A DNA stretch of 64,000 bases. It comes from Haliotis rufescens (Eukaryota). The notes below the pieces were generated by a model that saw only the letters and a program-made list of their open reading frames with translations, had not been told where the DNA came from and searched no databases. Numbering within the stretch: position 1 is the stretch's first letter; each line of letters opens with the position of its first letter. Shown here piece by piece: positions 59,472-64,000 of the stretch. A program made the position numbers and the translations under genes. The stretch covers positions 868,001-932,000 of the forward strand of contig NW_025964323.1 in the NCBI RefSeq assembly GCF_023055435.1, written 5' to 3'.

Positions 59472-61324
59472 TCATTGTGTAAAACTTAAAAATCTGTCGA
59501 TTACTTTTATTACGATAACGAATTTGAAACGCTTTGATGTTTGATTTTATCATCCAGTGACTGAAAAATACAGGAATAAAAGAACACGAAAGTCATTGTA
59601 TATTTCTCTTTCGACTTATGATCCTAGCATAATTGGTCTCTTGAAATGATGTTTTAAGTCCCTTTTTAATATTTTTATGATTAATCATTCGTATGTCTAG
59701 ACACTCTGTTAACTAAATGGACAGATGTTTCAGTCCATGTAAAATGACTGAAATATTTAGAGATTATTTGTCACATAGACGCCTACAAACGAAAAGGCGT
59801 GTAAAAACGATAACAAAGTGTTATCCGTCTCGCACCGAAGAACTTCCAAACGATAACGTAAACCTTAAGGATCTGCAAAGATTTTGTTCAATACTACAGC
59901 ATATGAATGAAAAGAAAATGTAAATATCGTAATTGCAACCGAAAAATGTAACATGTAAAATGTTGGGCAGTTACCTTGTCGGACGAAAGTATTCGTCAAT
60001 ATCCAATATCGTCAATAAAGGAATAATATCCAATACATTTGCCGCTTTACAAATCAACTTGTTCGATGTCACGTGTCTTTGTAACAATGTCATATTTTTA
60101 AATATTTGAAGGGTTTCGGGATATTATAACCAGTGTTTGTTTCTCAACTTATCACGTAGGTTTGTTTCAGATGTTTCATATAGGTGTCAAATCCCATTGG
60201 TCAACTGAGACAGCACACGTGACGACTCTTTTTATGGTGTTCAAGGTTCTTTAAAAAAATAATTGAGTCAGATAACAATGATCAATCAGACAACATATTA
60301 TCGCCTGATCGTTTGAACAAAGTATGTTGATTTTGAAAAAAGGCACTAAACACGTGGATGTATTCCGTATTCCTTGGTAAACCTATATATATCAAAAAGT
60401 TACTTTTGATAAATCCACTGTGCATGATAACATTGACTAACGTATGGGGACTCACCATGTCAAATGGGAACCTTTGTCATTTCATCGGAGTAGTACTAAC
60501 ACTAATTATATGTATACCTGTAATAAATTAACTAACTGAGCATCATGTGAATGATGACAAATCAAGAAGTGGCGGGTTGTACCATGAAACATGGATGGCA
60601 ACTAGGGAGTAGTAATTGGTGTATTTTGTGCAATTTAGTTGCCGGAAAAATAAGGGTCGTTGCTGTTTTGAGTATAAGATAAGAACCTCATTATTCTATG
60701 CGTTTATTGCCGTAAAGATTATTTCAGCAGTCGACAACGGTAGCTCAGTTCTTGTTCTGCTCAGATGAGTATGTCAGCAAATCGACTCACGGCACATAAT
60801 GAGCCCCGGCGGGCAGTGTTATACAGCCGGGTAAAAGCTAGGACCTTGTGCCCCTAAAACCAATGGGATAAGAAGCTAACAGACCAGAAACGTATCGACA
60901 AATAACTTTATCATTCTGTCTCGGAAAGTTATTCACCGCTGTGCTGAATACCATATTGAATAAATATGTGTAAGAAAACAACATCCTTTCCTAGAAAAAG
61001 GTTACTAGTACTACACATATCGTTGTATTCAGCAGTCTTATGGACATTTAAAAATCAACACAAAACAAACTATATTGCTGGGTGGGCCAGTCGTCTAAGG
61101 CGCCGCAATTCGCTGTGCGGAGTTGCGTCCCTTGTACAAACCAGAGACCTATGATTGTGGTTTCGAATCCCGGCAGATTATGGCGGAAACCGCTTTCCCA
61201 TGGAATAAACGGAGAGCTCTTTTAAGATACGATTCAACATGTACACTAATACCAAACCAATAGTAAACATAATGATGACATTTCAGGATATTTTCGCTGT
61301 GAAGAAGTAGTTTGTTAAAGCGAT

Positions 61325-62030
61325 AACCTATTTCATTGTCACTCATATTCTGATGACACAGTCATACTATCAGACAACCCTGAACATTGTATCAGTGTCC
61401 TTTATGAATGTTGTGAACAATGGAAGCTGACCATTGACATTTCTAAAACTAAGCTAGTCGTTTTGGGGTCCGGTCCAACAACGAAAAGTAAACGTGTCTA
61501 TATTTTGAATGATAAACAGCTTGCTATTGTTGATGATTGTGATTATTTTTGTAATAAATTCAGAAGAAACCGTAAATATACAAATGCTGTTGATACACTT
61601 CGTGACCAAGCCCTGAAAGCCATGTTTATTTTGTTATCTAAGGCCAATAGTCGTCATTAACCCACCGATAAAATGTTTAATGTTGCAAGTATTCTGTGGC
61701 CTTTTATGTTGTATAGATGTGTCGTATGGAGTTAGTCAGACGTTGAACTGTTGGGAATATATATACCGTTTTTGGTTTTGTTTAAATCATTCTGAATCAA
61801 TCTTAGAGTAGATCGGCATACGCTAAATAGTGAAACTCTTAGTCTTCCTATTTGTGTATATAGGCAACGTATCATATCCTACTGGTTTAAACTTGTCACA
61901 AATGCTAATAAGAATAAATTGTAAGTTATTGTGCATAACATATCAGTAAATATGTTTATAAATGATAAATATCCATCCCAATGGATTGCATACGTTCTTG
62001 GTAAATGCAGCTTATCCAATATATGGTGTA
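61325..62030 (+). mobile_element. Degenerate non-LTR retrotransposon reverse-transcriptase fragment
   Basis: YSDDTVILSD...CEQWKLTIDISKTKLVV...LRDQALKAMF...RIISYWFKL, matching the YADD motif and downstream LINE ORF2 motifs, with stops. Confidence 0.75.
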
Positions 62031-62704
62031 ACCTACATGTGACCGACACTGGTAATTTCTACAGTTTTTTAACGTATGGCTGATCAATTTGCTAAAAAAT
62101 GGCAGCCAATCAGACAACCTCACATGGAGGTCATCGGTATAACTGCAAAGTATCAATGTATATATGTGAGACTATTGGAAGGTGGAAGTCGTCCCTCTTG
62201 TACAGTCTTGTGGAGAGTTTCTTTGTCACTCTGAATCAGTATGGATGCTATAAACAGATGAAGCAGTTTTGCTGGACTCTTCTATTCCTAGACCACGTGA
62301 GTGAATCAGTGGAAGGGACTTGGCTATTTGGATAACCATATTGGATAATCGATATACCCATTTTATAATAAAAGTATTACTTTGTGCAATCACTGGAGAT
62401 AAGAGCTTTGTATAGTCAACTTTGTCAGCGATATCGCTCAAAGCCTTCTGCATTCCAAAAAACGATGAGGCAGCTCTGTTGCCATACATGCAGTTTATAT
62501 CTAAAGCAGAATATTTTCTTATGTTGTTTATAATTTTAATGCCAATAGGGTTAGAAATGACCATGTATGTAAATTACTTTACGCGTACATGTGTATTGTT
62601 CAAATCATGTTGACGTCATTCAATTTTGACAATGGTGGTTTTCTAAAGCGGCGGTCGTGATTAGTGTCTAAACGGGGATTGCAAAATAATGGGAAATAAA
62701 GAAA

Positions 62705-62838
62705 ATATCATACTCACATGTGAGTCATACTGATTTCACGAAACTCGTGAATAAATTCGTGCATCATGCTTTCGCTCGGGAAATACAAGCATGCTGACTC
62801 TCATTTCGGAAAATCAGTATGACACACGTGCTGATATA
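62705..62838. repeat. Imperfect inverted repeat, possibly a non-autonomous transposon end
   Basis: GTCATACTGATTT (62724-62736) pairs with AAATCAGTATGAC (62811-62823), extendable with mismatches. Confidence 0.55.
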
Positions 62839-62963
62839 ATAATCTCTATATATTTAAAAAAAACTATTATGTTATTAACATAATTATATATAATTGTGAA
62901 AGATAAAACATTTTTGATCGGTTCAGATTTATTTCTGATTGTACAGAGAAAAGGAAAATGTGT

Positions 62964-63800
<837 letters not shown>

Positions 63801-64000
63801 TCACATTATTAGATATATTGGACATGGTGTTTAGGAAACGCCAAAACCTTGTCATGTTGAAACTGAATTATCTCGATATATCTTTTAAAACAATTTTGGG
63901 ATCTTTTCTTGACATGTACTAAATGGTAATGATGACTTTGAGTTAGAAAAAGTCAGTTGTTAACAATATAGAAATCAAACTTGTTTATTCAAGTTCCATG

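Noticed and set aside
62226-62564. 112-aa minus-strand ORF downstream of copy 10
   Set aside because: No recognisable domain or splice structure. It lies among transposon debris.

Overview
Eukaryotic (animal) AT-rich genomic DNA holding a tandem cluster of beta-tubulin genes with no alpha-tubulin. There are nine 4-exon genes (446 aa; CDS exons 57/109/356/819 nt) plus the last exon of a tenth at the right edge. Nine are on the minus strand; copy 3 is inverted and lies head-to-head with copy 2. All reading frames are intact, and the proteins carry the MREI N-terminus and an EGEFDEE tail motif. Copies 5-9 sit in a recent 5.8-6.5 kb tandem amplification and encode a distinct variant (S301/A315/G365). 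All complete copies share a compact promoter module (X-box-like inverted repeat, CCAAT, TATA, Inr 28 nt downstream, ACAACYCAAGTG). All share a poly(A) hexamer about 20-30 nt after the stop, usually framed by a short inverted repeat. Copy-specific changes include a GC splice donor (copy 1), a retro-insertion between TATA and Inr plus an AATACA signal (copy 5), and a 5-bp promoter deletion (copies 7, 8). Several genes are mosaics, and an orphan 3'UTR suggests a lost copy. Spacers contain three SINE families with a shared tail, two C-rich minisatellites, MULE and LINE relics and palindromic MITE-like elements. Two N-gaps fall in first introns. The repeat content suggests a mollusc, possibly a gastropod; this is low-confidence inference. 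All alignments were done by eye.
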